Source: Chlamydiota bacterium
Lineage (GTDB): Bacteria; Chlamydiota; Chlamydiia; Chlamydiales; RGXB01
Assembly: GCA_016866475.1 (NCBI GenBank)
Contig: VGMF01000003.1
Coordinates: 83,661 to 147,660, forward strand
Reading direction: 5' to 3'
Length of the DNA: 64,000 nt
The position numbers and the translations under genes are program-made. The notes under the pieces are model-generated. The model did not search any database, had not been told where the DNA came from, and saw nothing but the letters and a program-made list of their open reading frames with translations. Of this stretch, positions 54,972 through 64,000 are shown piece by piece; the stretch's first letter is position 1, and each line of letters begins with the position of its first letter.

Positions 54972-57248
54972 CTATTTTATACAAGGGGCTATATCTTTCT
55001 TTCTAGAGGTGATAGATCCGGCCTCAAAGCTCAACACGATCCATGGTTTTTCACTTACAGATGCGGTACTTTTAAAACCTGCTATCTCATCGAAAAGAGT
55101 TTTGTACTCTTTGGGAACAAATGCTTCGATCCGTTTTTTTGCGTGCATTTGGATGAACATCATCAAAAAGTAGGAGAGTTGGGTAACACCTTCATCGGAG
55201 GAACTCGCAGTAATCCAAATCTCATCTTTATGATTTTGATTTGGTTTTAGACCCTTATAAAGATCCTCTGCACCCTCAACCGTTGTGAGCATCAGAATCT
55301 TAAGGGATTGCTCGGTCTTGTGCTCGTACCATGTTTTTGCCACGGCGTCATAATTCTTTTTCAGGGTTTTGATATTATTTGGGTACACCTTCAATTGGCT
55401 GACAAGCGCCTCTCCCTGTTTTTTCGTATCATTAAAGATCTTTAGCGACTGCAGACGTTGTTCTACGTCCTCCTCTTTTAGGCTATAGACAGTTTTGTAA
55501 AATCTGTAGAGTTCAGAGTTTTGAATGAGGGGCTTGAGCTGTGTAGGATCAATCACCTCGGTAATTTTATTTTGCTCCAAGGAGACTAATCGATTGACCA
55601 GTTCTACGACAATCTCATGGTCTAAAGCTGTTTTTTTAGACAAGAGATCCGTGTCATCCAATATCGCATACAAAAACATCTGATAATCGGCCGCTTCCCT
55701 TTTCGAGTCGCACCAACCAATCTGCATTGCCCGCGCTATCCTCTCCTCCAGGACCCGCTCCAATATCCTTAGCTGCCGTGTGTCAGACACATTTTTTGCC
55801 CCCTCTAAAAGCGCTGTATTAAGCTGCTCTTCTGTCGGTCCATCGGTCACCAGTTTTTTATTTATGTCAAAAGCTAATTTAGCCCCAATCACATTTGAGG
55901 ACTGCACATCCATAGTATAGATAGTGGCTACTTTTTGAGTTTTGACGTCCGTTTTGTGGTGGTCTATTATGGCTGCAATCTCTATGTAGCGGGGAATACC
56001 GATCTCGTTAGGATTGCTGAAGTCTCTCAAAACAACAAACCCTTGGGTAGGACTACGCAATCGGGAGGAGTAGATCACCCCTTCGACTTTACTGTCTCTT
56101 GTAACAAAAATTGCAGACCGGTCATGAATGCGCAAATTGATCTCTTCAATTGTTGTACGAGGATGAACGGAACTCTTTTTCTCCTCATAGACTTTCTCCT
56201 TGACCATCAAGGCAATAGAAAACGTATCTATATGCGAGCGTAATTTTCTAAAAGCATCCGAAAGAAGATTAAAAATCTGCTCCAGATCACCTATTTCACC
56301 CTTTTTATGCCGCTCGACAGCCGCATGGAACCGGTCAAATCCAAAGGAATAGATCCTGTCCATTTTCTGCATGAAATGGAGAATTGAGGACTCCAATCCC
56401 TGCTCCACATCCAAAACCTTTTCAAGAAAGGTGTGGAGATAATTTTTCCTTTTTAGAGCAAATTCCTGCACAGGCTCCAGCTCTTTAAATCGAAAGTTTA
56501 AAAGCCTTTTCACATCCCCTTCTTTAGATACAAGAGCTTGAAAAAAAGCGTTTTGGGCCCAACGTATACAGTGGTTCAGGCTGTCTGTAACCAATCGAAC
56601 CTTCTCAACATCTTCCGGTAGCCATCCACCGCAAAAATTCCCCTCTTTATCCACGACACAGCAGGCATGTTTAGAGCTTTCGGACGAAACATCCAAAGTT
56701 TTGTCCTCTAGACGGTGAATTTTTAGCCCCTCGGTTGTAGCCAAATCCAGGGCTACCAAGGTGAGCTCTGACCTGTTATCAGCAAACACCTGAAAAAAAC
56801 TAGGTCCGTATGTTTTTAAAAATAGGAGTTTTACCTCAAGAATTTCCTCAGGAGTATTTGGAACATTCCAATGGTGCAAATTTTGGGACACATCCATTTC
56901 AAATGCATCCATCCATCCGTTGAATGAGCTCACAACAGTATCAATATCGGGGCTCAGGTGTGCAGTCACCACAACAGAACCGGGCATCTGCCCGTTTGCT
57001 GCCACCGGGAAAAGAATTTGAGAGGCCTCCCTGGGGGCCTTGCGTCCCATAATCTTCTGCCGGATCTCCATCTGTTTTTCTTTGGAGAGGTTGCTATGGT
57101 TTTTCAAGTAGAATTCATAATCACAAATCGAAATCTGCATCCCTTCGGACCGCTTCCCTTCCAAATGTTTCACCACCTCTTTAAGTAAAAAGCAAGGGGC
57201 AGGTTGTTGAAGTATGTACTCAGTAAGGGTTTGAAAAACGTGCAACAT
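54972..57248 (-). CDS. Large DHH-family phosphoesterase, family II (Mn-dependent) pyrophosphatase-like
   Basis: VTAH.SPDIDT, IIDHHK and AIL.DT.LL motifs, separated by long inserts with CBS-like segments. Confidence 0.7.
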   Translation of the reverse strand: MLHVFQTLTEYILQQPAPCFLLKEVVKHLEGKRSEGMQISICDYEFYLKNHSNLSKEKQMEIRQKIMGRKAPREASQILFPVAANGQMPGSVVVTAHLSPDIDTVVSSFNGWMDAFEMDVSQNLHHWNVPNTPEEILEVKLLFLKTYGPSFFQVFADNRSELTLVALDLATTEGLKIHRLEDKTLDVSSESSKHACCVVDKEGNFCGGWLPEDVEKVRLVTDSLNHCIRWAQNAFFQALVSKEGDVKRLLNFRFKELEPVQEFALKRKNYLHTFLEKVLDVEQGLESSILHFMQKMDRIYSFGFDRFHAAVERHKKGEIGDLEQIFNLLSDAFRKLRSHIDTFSIALMVKEKVYEEKKSSVHPRTTIEEINLRIHDRSAIFVTRDSKVEGVIYSSRLRSPTQGFVVLRDFSNPNEIGIPRYIEIAAIIDHHKTDVKTQKVATIYTMDVQSSNVIGAKLAFDINKKLVTDGPTEEQLNTALLEGAKNVSDTRQLRILERVLEERIARAMQIGWCDSKREAADYQMFLYAILDDTDLLSKKTALDHEIVVELVNRLVSLEQNKITEVIDPTQLKPLIQNSELYRFYKTVYSLKEEDVEQRLQSLKIFNDTKKQGEALVSQLKVYPNNIKTLKKNYDAVAKTWYEHKTEQSLKILMLTTVEGAEDLYKGLKPNQNHKDEIWITASSSDEGVTQLSYFLMMFIQMHAKKRIEAFVPKEYKTLFDEIAGFKSTASVSEKPWIVLSFEAGSITSRKKDIAPCIK

Positions 57249-57362
57249 AATTTAACTCGTCGACATTTTGTCTAGATAGTTTATGGCTCAAATTCTTGTC
57301 GATAAGAACAAGGTTAAAAAGAAAGAGAGCCAAAAATTCTCTCTTAAAAAGAAGATAAAAAT

Positions 57363-57436
57363 TGAACCGAGCAGGACTCGAACCTGCGACCTACTGCTTA
57401 GAAGGCAGTTGCTCTATCCAGCTGAGCTATCGGTCC
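57363..57436 (-). tRNA. tRNA-Arg(TCT)
   Basis: GGACCGA acceptor, ACTGC-CT-TCT-AA-GCAGT anticodon arm, GGTTCGAGTCC; no encoded CCA. Confidence 0.96.
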
Positions 57437-57542
57437 GTAAAGGTGACAACATCTGGTCTTTGTTTCTTTAGAGCAAAGCCCGGACATCACCTTTTCTGCA
57501 CTATATTAGAGAATCTCTTGATTCGAATGCAAGGGTAAAGTT

Positions 57543-58418
57543 ATGCTCTCAAATGTCTTTATGTCGAAAGCGCTATATACAGAACTGAGTGAACAATTTT
57601 TTGCAATCCTGGGCCCTTGTGTGATCGAGTCGGAATCGCACACCCTGTATATGGCAGAAGAAATCGCACATCTTCGTCGTAAGACCGGTATCCCTATAGT
57701 TTTCAAGGCAAGCTTTGACAAGGCAAACAGAACCTCTTTGCACAGTTTTCGGGGTCCCGGTATCGATGAGGGGTTACGCATTCTAGAAAAGGTAAAGAAA
57801 AATTTCGATCTTCCGGTAACAACCGATATCCACGAGACTCCCCAGGCCTCAATTGCAGCTTCTGTTGTCGACATTTTGCAGATTCCAGCCTTTCTGTGCC
57901 GACAAACGGATCTGATTGTCGCCGCAGCAGAAACCCAAAAAATCCTTTCGATCAAAAAAGGGCAGTTTGTAGCACCTCAGGATATGTCACAAGCTGTGGA
58001 AAAGAGTCGATTGGCGGGAAATGAAAAGATTTTTTTGATCGAGAGAGGCACTACCTTTGGCTATAACAACCTGGTCGTGGATATGCGTTCTTTTCCCATG
58101 ATGAACAATTTTGCGCCCACCATCTTTGATGCCACCCACTCTCTGCAACTTCCCGGCAAGGGGGGCTCTTTTACCTCCGGGCAAAGAGAATACCTGCCCC
58201 AGCTTGCTTTCGGAGCGGTAAGCGCGGGGGCTAAAGCCCTTTTTCTCGAGGTCCATAATAATCCTAAAGAAGCTAAAAGCGATGCGGCTACGGTCTACCC
58301 CCTTGATCAGGTGGAGCCCCTTTTGCTTAAAGCCCATCACTTCAGCCTCCTTGCAAGAGATTTTTATCAAAATCATATGTCGCTAAGTGAGGATTTGTGC
58401 ACCTCAAAACGTCCTTAG
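57543..58418 (+). CDS. kdsA: KDO8P synthase
   Basis: GPCVIES, KASFDKANRTS, QIPAFLCRQTDL, KKGQF, ERGTTFGYNNLVVD, FDATHS.Q.PG. Confidence 0.96.
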   Translation: MLSNVFMSKALYTELSEQFFAILGPCVIESESHTLYMAEEIAHLRRKTGIPIVFKASFDKANRTSLHSFRGPGIDEGLRILEKVKKNFDLPVTTDIHETPQASIAASVVDILQIPAFLCRQTDLIVAAAETQKILSIKKGQFVAPQDMSQAVEKSRLAGNEKIFLIERGTTFGYNNLVVDMRSFPMMNNFAPTIFDATHSLQLPGKGGSFTSGQREYLPQLAFGAVSAGAKALFLEVHNNPKEAKSDAATVYPLDQVEPLLLKAHHFSLLARDFYQNHMSLSEDLCTSKRP

Positions 58419-58972
58419 GTCTATTAGCCTGGTTCATTTTTTTAGGGGTACTCTTCTTCATTTCCTTAACGAACGAGACGATTGCCACCGACGGGCTGGA
58501 TAAAAAAGTCGAGCCTAAATTTTATGCCGGATCCATTTTGCGGAGATCTCAGAATCTTCCAAATAATTTCTTTATGGAGGCAAAAAATGTAGAAAACACC
58601 TTGCAAACGGAGTATTCGTTTGGAGTCCACGGTGGGATGGATCGGTTTGAATTTTTTTGCGATAAACTGACGCTTGACCCCAAGACGGGTTTTTTGTTTG
58701 AAGGAGATGTCCGGTTTATTGATAAGCTCGATGACAAAATTCTTTTTGCCCCGTATGCACAAATGACTCCAGATGGGAGCTCACTAAAGATTTACGACAA
58801 CCCGATTATCATCCAAAAAAAAGGGACCCAATCGAAAATCAGAGCGAAAAGTGTTGTCTACCAAAAAACATCAGACGGCTTCGAGGCCTCTTTGGAAGGG
58901 CCAATTGAGTGTGTCGTGCAAGATATGGAGATTAAAGAGTTTGACCCTTTTAAACGTGAAAGGCCTCTCTAA
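58397..58972 (+). CDS. Membrane-anchored beta-rich protein, LptC/LptA-like by position
   Basis: N-terminal TM segment; lies between kdsA and lptB; F.G.V...D and I..NP beta-strand patterns. Confidence 0.55.
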   Translation: MHLKTSLGLLAWFIFLGVLFFISLTNETIATDGLDKKVEPKFYAGSILRRSQNLPNNFFMEAKNVENTLQTEYSFGVHGGMDRFEFFCDKLTLDPKTGFLFEGDVRFIDKLDDKILFAPYAQMTPDGSSLKIYDNPIIIQKKGTQSKIRAKSVVYQKTSDGFEASLEGPIECVVQDMEIKEFDPFKRERPL

Positions 58973-59663
58973 AGAGTATAACGGCCGGCTGGTAGTACAA
59001 AATATCAGCATAGAAATCGAACCGAATCAGATTGTTGGTCTCTTAGGACCTAATGGAGCCGGGAAAACGACGGCATTTTATATGATCATGGGGCTTGAAG
59101 ATCCGGATCAGGGGGAGATTTTTTTAGAAAATCGCCCCATAACAAACCTCTCTATCGATAAGCGGGCGAAATTGGGGATGGGCTATTTGGCTCAGGAGCC
59201 CTCAATATTCCGCCAAATGAGCGTTGAAGAGAATCTTTTAGTCGTTTTAGAAACAATGAAGCTAAAAAAGTTCGAAAAAAAGGAGCGCTTGGATCAGCTT
59301 TTAGAGGAGTTCAGGTTGACCCATCTTAGAAAAAAGCCCTCCCCTACCCTATCGGGGGGCGAGCGTCGTCGGCTCGAAATTGCGCGCACCTTAATCCAAT
59401 CTCCAAAGCTGCTTTTGTTGGATGAGCCGTTTGCAGCGATCGATCCGGTGACGATCGATGAGCTTAAAGAGCTGATTTTAACACTTTCAAAAAAAGGGAT
59501 CGGTTTCCTCATTACCGACCACAATGTAAGAGAAATATTTAAAATAGCTAATCGTTGCTATTTGGTACAAAAAGGGGTAGTGACCCACCAGGGGACCCCG
59601 GAGTACCTGTGCTCCAATCGGGAGGTGTTAGATTCCTACCTGGGGCACCAATTTACAATCTAA
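58941..59663 (+). CDS. lptB: LPS export ABC transporter ATP-binding protein
   Basis: GLLGPNGAGKTT.FYM, GYLAQEPSIFR, LSGGERRRLEIAR, LLDEPFA.IDP, LITDHNVRE, YLG..F. Start set at TTG 58941. Confidence 0.95.
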   Translation: MTLLNVKGLSKEYNGRLVVQNISIEIEPNQIVGLLGPNGAGKTTAFYMIMGLEDPDQGEIFLENRPITNLSIDKRAKLGMGYLAQEPSIFRQMSVEENLLVVLETMKLKKFEKKERLDQLLEEFRLTHLRKKPSPTLSGGERRRLEIARTLIQSPKLLLLDEPFAAIDPVTIDELKELILTLSKKGIGFLITDHNVREIFKIANRCYLVQKGVVTHQGTPEYLCSNREVLDSYLGHQFTI

Positions 59664-59823
59664 CTTAAGACTTTCGGGGTGATTCCCTTGACTTCTCCTC
59701 CCAAAAGGGGATAAAATAGGCGAAAAATTTCCACCCAATCGGGTGAAGTCTATTGGTAAGGGCAATCTCCTTTGCCCCCTTTAGAGACAATCAAAAAAAT
59801 CCATAAGCCGTCAGGAGTCGAAC

Positions 59824-60273
59824 ATGGAAACAGAAATGACACTTGCGATCATCAAGCCTGATGCAGTGAAAGCGCATCACGCCGGCGAGATCCTCTCAAT
59901 GTATGAAAAGCATCCGCAATTCAAGATCCGCGGGATCAAATTGATGCATATGGACCGCAAAACTGCAGAAGGTTTCTACGAGATTCATAGAGAACGCCCC
60001 TTTTTCGAGGAGCTTGTTTCATTTATGATGTCCGGCCCCTGTATCGTAATGGCTATTGAAGGGAAACATGCTGTTTCCGCCCATAGAGATTTCATCGGTG
60101 CAACAAATCCGCAGCACGCGCATGAGGCAACCGTGCGTAAGCGGTTTGGAACAAGTATCGGTAACAACGCCGTCCACGGATCAGACAGCCCCGAAAACGG
60201 TTTGAAAGAGGTGAATTACTTCTTCGATGTTTCCGACCTTGTCAACATCAACTGGGCACACAACTTCGCCTAA
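59824..60273 (+). CDS. ndk: Nucleoside diphosphate kinase
   Basis: TLAIIKPDAV, FY..H.ERPFF..LV.FM.SGP, GATNP, NAVHGSDS. Confidence 0.97.
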   Translation: METEMTLAIIKPDAVKAHHAGEILSMYEKHPQFKIRGIKLMHMDRKTAEGFYEIHRERPFFEELVSFMMSGPCIVMAIEGKHAVSAHRDFIGATNPQHAHEATVRKRFGTSIGNNAVHGSDSPENGLKEVNYFFDVSDLVNINWAHNFA

Positions 60274-60279
60274 CACTTA

Positions 60280-60316
60280 AAAAGGTGTCGGTAAATCTAC
60301 TGCCACCTTTTTTATT
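60280..60316 (+). terminator. Terminator after ndk
   Basis: AAAAGGTGTCGGTA-AATC-TACTGCCACCTTTT-TT imperfect hairpin. Confidence 0.7.
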
Positions 60317-60370
60317 TTTATTTTGACTAAATTGAAAATCAATTCTATTTTTATATCAAACAAGGTTTTT

Positions 60371-61189
60371 ATGTATAAAATAGTCTTAGGTTTATTATTT
60401 AGTTTTTCCTCTATCTATACTGCTACTAAGAAGGACTTGCGAACATACGCTAAACATTTTTCAGCTAATAACGGCTATAACTGCATAGATTCCACATGTA
60501 ATGGGGAAGCTCTCTTTGTCGAAAAATATCTCAACAAAGATACGTCCATAATTTTTGATGTTGGTGCAAATGTTGGAGCGTGGTCTGATTTGGTAATTGA
60601 ATATTTTCCTAACGCCCAAATTTATGCCTTTGAACCTACACCCGAAGCTTTTGTAAAGCTTAAAATTAAGCAGGATAAAAACAAATTAAAAGCATTTAAT
60701 TTGGCTATAGGTGAATGTGATGCACTTATGGATTTTTGGTGCTGGGGGAATCAAAACTTCGGTTTCCATGAATTAAACGGATTGTATTACCGCCCAAATT
60801 TGAAAGATTTCCTCCATACGCAACCATCTAAAATAAGTGTATCTGTAATTTCTTTGGATAAATTTTGTCGAATTCATAACATCCAAAAAATTGACTTTTT
60901 AAAAATAGATACCGAAGGGAATGAATGGGGTGTTTTACTGGGAGCTAAACAGCTTATCTCAGACGGAAAAATTGACACAATTCAATTTGAATACGGGGGT
61001 TGTTACCTCGACTCTTGCACAAAACTCGAGGATGTCTACAAATTTCTAAAATCTGAGGGATTCCACATTTACAGACTGGGAGCTTTAAGACCGATAGAAG
61101 TTGACGCATGGAAACCATCTCTGGAAAATTTCCAGTACTCAAATTACGTAGCATCTAAACAAAAGTTGCAAATAGAAAAATACAACTAG
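60371..61189 (+). CDS. FkbM family SAM-dependent methyltransferase with N-terminal signal-like segment
   Basis: IFDVGANVG, IYAFEP, SLDKFC....I..IDFLKIDTEG.E..VL.GA, IQFEY; visibly AT-richer than its neighbours. Confidence 0.9.
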   Translation: MYKIVLGLLFSFSSIYTATKKDLRTYAKHFSANNGYNCIDSTCNGEALFVEKYLNKDTSIIFDVGANVGAWSDLVIEYFPNAQIYAFEPTPEAFVKLKIKQDKNKLKAFNLAIGECDALMDFWCWGNQNFGFHELNGLYYRPNLKDFLHTQPSKISVSVISLDKFCRIHNIQKIDFLKIDTEGNEWGVLLGAKQLISDGKIDTIQFEYGGCYLDSCTKLEDVYKFLKSEGFHIYRLGALRPIEVDAWKPSLENFQYSNYVASKQKLQIEKYN

Positions 61190-61470
61190 TTTTGACGGGC
61201 GATCAAGCCCGTTTTTTAAAGGTATCCAAATGCTCCAGAGCTTTGCCTGTTCCTAGACAAACGGCAAGAAACAGACTGGGAGCTTTAGGACTGATAGAAG
61301 TTGACGCATGGAAACCATCTCTGGAAAATTTCCAGTACTCAAATTACGTAGCATCTAAACAAAAGTTGCAAATAGAAAAATACAACTAGTTTTGACGGGC
61401 GATCAAGCCCGTTTTTTAAAGGTATCCAAATGCTCCAGAGCTTTGCCTGTTCCTAGACAAACGGCAAGAA
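61071..61470. repeat. 200-bp tandem direct duplication (two copies)
   Basis: 61071-61270 versus 61271-61470 are identical except at 61088/61288 (A/G) and 61092/61292 (C/T). Confidence 0.95.
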
Positions 61471-62482
61471 GTGGATTTGGTGCTACAATGACGGGGAGGC
61501 CACACTCTTTAATGATGTGCTTATCAAGCCCTTTGATCAAAGCTCCCCCTCCTGCTAGAACAATTCCTCGCTCAACCAGATCTGCTGACAACTCGGGGGG
61601 GCATTTTTCTAGAATCATCCGAATGCTTTCGATGATCTGCTGGATTGGCTCCGCAAGGCATTCGCGTATTTCTACTGAGTTGATTCTTTTAGTGATGGGA
61701 AGGCCTGCCACCTGGTCGCGCCCCCTCACCTCCATTTCTAATTCATTCTCTCCGAGCGGATAGGCCGAGCCGATAGTGATCTTGATGTCTTCTGCTGTCC
61801 TTGGACCAATCATGAGATTGTACGTGCGGCGCATGTAATTGATGATGCACTCATCAAACTCATCTCCGCCTATTCTCAATGATTTTGACTCTACAATACC
61901 CCCTAAAGAGATAATTGCGATCTCAGTTGTACCGCCACCAATATCGACAATCATGCTGGCATAGGGCTCATGAACAGGGAGATCCACCCCAATTGCCGCA
62001 GCCATTGGCTCTTCAATCAGCATTACCTCCTGGGCTCCTGCGCGAATCGCAGAATCTTCGACCGCCCGCTTTTCCACCCCTGTGATCCCAGAAGGCACGG
62101 CGATCAAGATGCGCGGCCTGAAAAATGTCTTGGATGGGTTGACCCTGCGAATCAGCTCCTTAAGCATCCCCTCGGCTATTTCAAAATCGGCGATCACTCC
62201 GTCTTTCATAGGACGTACCGCGTGGATTTTGCGCGGTGTTTTCCCAAGCATCGCTTTCGCCTTTTGACCTACCGCCAACACCTCATTAGTCATAGAATCT
62301 ACAGCAACGACAGAAGGTTCCTGCAAAACAATCCCTTTGCCTCGCACGTACACTAATGTGTTCGCTGTACCTAGGTCAATACCAATGTCACTTGTAAAAA
62401 GGGCCGCAAAACGTTGCCAGCGTGACTGAAAGGCATCTGCAATTTGGGAGAGCAACTCCGACTTTTTAAGTGTAGGGTTCAT
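61403..62482 (-). CDS. mreB: Rod shape-determining protein MreB
   Basis: [57 protein letters not shown]. Confidence 0.98.
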   Translation of the reverse strand: MNPTLKKSELLSQIADAFQSRWQRFAALFTSDIGIDLGTANTLVYVRGKGIVLQEPSVVAVDSMTNEVLAVGQKAKAMLGKTPRKIHAVRPMKDGVIADFEIAEGMLKELIRRVNPSKTFFRPRILIAVPSGITGVEKRAVEDSAIRAGAQEVMLIEEPMAAAIGVDLPVHEPYASMIVDIGGGTTEIAIISLGGIVESKSLRIGGDEFDECIINYMRRTYNLMIGPRTAEDIKITIGSAYPLGENELEMEVRGRDQVAGLPITKRINSVEIRECLAEPIQQIIESIRMILEKCPPELSADLVERGIVLAGGGALIKGLDKHIIKECGLPVIVAPNPLLAVCLGTGKALEHLDTFKKRA

Positions 62483-62826
62483 GTTGATCCTAAAAGGTGT
62501 TTCTTTCTAAAAATATAAACCTATCAAACTTAGAAAAATTTGTCTCCAAATTTTAATAGTAGGTCTCTTTTGAAATTCCGGCAAACCAGTTCTTGGGGAT
62601 AATTTTATCTAAATTTGAATCATGGCCCCAGTCTTAAGTTTGTTAACAAGAAAAAAGGCCCTTATGGGGCCCATCTCTCATTAAACTAGTAGTGTTCACG
62701 CAAAATGATATTTTATGAACGGACCGCTTTTTTCAAAAATTCCTCTTTTTCCCGACCGGGAACATCCAATCTTCCATGCTATTTAACATCCATAAATTTG
62801 AAAAAAGGAAAAAATAGACTGTCCAT

Positions 62827-63954
62827 TTAAAGGCAGTTTTTTAATTCTTTTTGAAGTTTTTCGTGCAACCTTCCTAATCTTTCAAGCTGATCCTCCAGAG
62901 TGAATTTGGCGCTGAATATCGAATGGGCTTTTCTAGCTAACTTTTCTGCTTCAACAGGATGCTCAAGCACCCAAATCAAATGGGTGTAAATTTGGCGAAA
63001 CATCTCATCAGAAGGTAGCTTGTTATCTTTATCAATATCTATATACAGGACCGCATCTTTGAATTCTCGAGTAACAAAGCCGTGACGGTCACTTATGATC
63101 ACACTCCCTGCAGCCGCCGCTTCAAATATCCTGGGGGTAATGACCTCATAATCGAGATGCTCCTGGGAGTGTAATACCAGCACAACCCCTGCCTCTTTAA
63201 TAGCGTTGGTAACGCTTTTTCCGTCGTAAGGCAACTCCCCTTTGTAAGATTTGAGGTGCCAATTTTTCATCCCCTCTGTACCATAGACATCCATAAGCCC
63301 CGTCTCATCAAGCATCCGTAAACAATCATGATAAGGCTTGCTTTTTCTTAAAAGATCCCAATTGACCCCGCAGTAGAACAATTTTTTTGGTTCTAAGGGT
63401 TTGTATTCTGATTTAAGGCAGCTTGGAACCCATTCGATGATATCTCTCTTTTTCCCATGTTGATCTAAAAAAGATACGAAAGAATCCATTTTTTGCGGGA
63501 CACACAAATAGCCATCATATTGAAGAAGTTTTTTGCCGTGGATTCTAATATTTTCGTCATGGCTGCGTGTCATCGCCAGGTAATTTGGTATTTTCTTGTG
63601 AGAATATTTTCTTGGATACAAACTGATAATAAAATCGGAATCAAAGTTTTTGAATAATTGAGAAAGGCTTGTATAGCCTATCTGATTTTCGTCAAAAACA
63701 AATTTTACAGGGTGGGCGAGACTCCAATCATTTCTAAATAAAAAAGCTTTTCCCTTCCAACCTAGGTTTTTGGAGGCAATTTCTAGTCGCATTGCCAACT
63801 CCTCCTCACCTCCGGTAAAGGGTGTTGGAATGAGGACGTTATACGTTTTAGAGGGGAGGTTTTCAGCAGTTAAAAAAGCCGCTTGGTACAAAATTACAGC
63901 GACCAAACGTAGCAGATATTTTCTTAAATCAACTAATTTAAAATTAGTCCACAT
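62827..63954 (-). CDS. Glycosyltransferase (GT-B, CgeB/Glyco_trans_1_2-like) with N-terminal hydrophobic segment
   Basis: LFYCG.NW, VYG, YKG.LP, VVL.LH, RIFEAAAAG.VIISD, F.D.VLY, HP..A..LA..AH. Start at 63954 or 63966. Confidence 0.8.
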   Translation of the reverse strand: MWTNFKLVDLRKYLLRLVAVILYQAAFLTAENLPSKTYNVLIPTPFTGGEEELAMRLEIASKNLGWKGKAFLFRNDWSLAHPVKFVFDENQIGYTSLSQLFKNFDSDFIISLYPRKYSHKKIPNYLAMTRSHDENIRIHGKKLLQYDGYLCVPQKMDSFVSFLDQHGKKRDIIEWVPSCLKSEYKPLEPKKLFYCGVNWDLLRKSKPYHDCLRMLDETGLMDVYGTEGMKNWHLKSYKGELPYDGKSVTNAIKEAGVVLVLHSQEHLDYEVITPRIFEAAAAGSVIISDRHGFVTREFKDAVLYIDIDKDNKLPSDEMFRQIYTHLIWVLEHPVEAEKLARKAHSIFSAKFTLEDQLERLGRLHEKLQKELKNCL

Positions 63955-64000
63955 GTAATCTCTCAAATTAATTTAAGGTCTGGATTCCTAAATTAACTTA

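Noticed and set aside
57283-57471. 62-aa ORF
   Set aside because: Antisense to tRNA-Arg(TCT).
61192-61389. 65-aa ORF repeating the FkbM C-terminus
   Set aside because: A by-product of the 200-bp duplication: antisense mreB tail fused to the FkbM tail, with no ribosome-binding site.
1-64000. CRISPR arrays, rRNA, transposases, recoded stop codons, and the many 60-160-aa overlapping ORFs
   Set aside because: No repeat-spacer pattern, rRNA or transposase motifs seen; genes end at normal stops; the small overlapping ORFs are shadows of well-supported genes.

Overview
A gene-dense 64-kb stretch of bacterial chromosome (standard code 11), almost certainly from an environmental member of the phylum Chlamydiae. 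Evidence for this: fused glyQS, a plastid-type glycerol-3-phosphate acyltransferase, a stand-alone SWIB/MDM2 protein, and gene blocks whose order matches what I recall for Chlamydia (glgA-pgsA-glyQS-mutS-uvrC-asp23-rpsN-rpmJ-rpmH-rnpA; pcnB-lpxB; rpmF-rne-GPAT; yebC-GNAT-prfB-SWIB-ispD-truA-HAD; recO-yidD-LysM-pheT; trhO-rpsD-nfo; rluD-KH-kdsA-lptB). It is mostly housekeeping, with four tRNA genes (none encoding CCA), the classic prfB +1 frameshift, and three short genes missed by the ORF track (rpmJ, rpmH, a 57-aa protein). I saw no CRISPR array, rRNA, integrase or transposase. The most notable items: (1) an intact-looking, solitary squalene-hopene cyclase at a synteny junction; (2) four normally cytoplasmic glycan-modifying enzymes (GT11, GT2, FkbM methyltransferase, CgeB-like GT) that all begin with signal-peptide-like segments; (3) an exported MESH1/SpoT-type HD protein with its catalytic residues substituted; (4) rnpA, whose conserved N-terminus overlaps rpmH and seems to need an ATT start; (5) an alpha/beta hydrolase coupled to a divergent lpxB; (6) a 200-bp tandem duplication at the FkbM/mreB junction; (7) tandem KhpA paralogs; (8) a PheT lacking its B2 domain. 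All family assignments come from motif recognition by eye; no searches were run.
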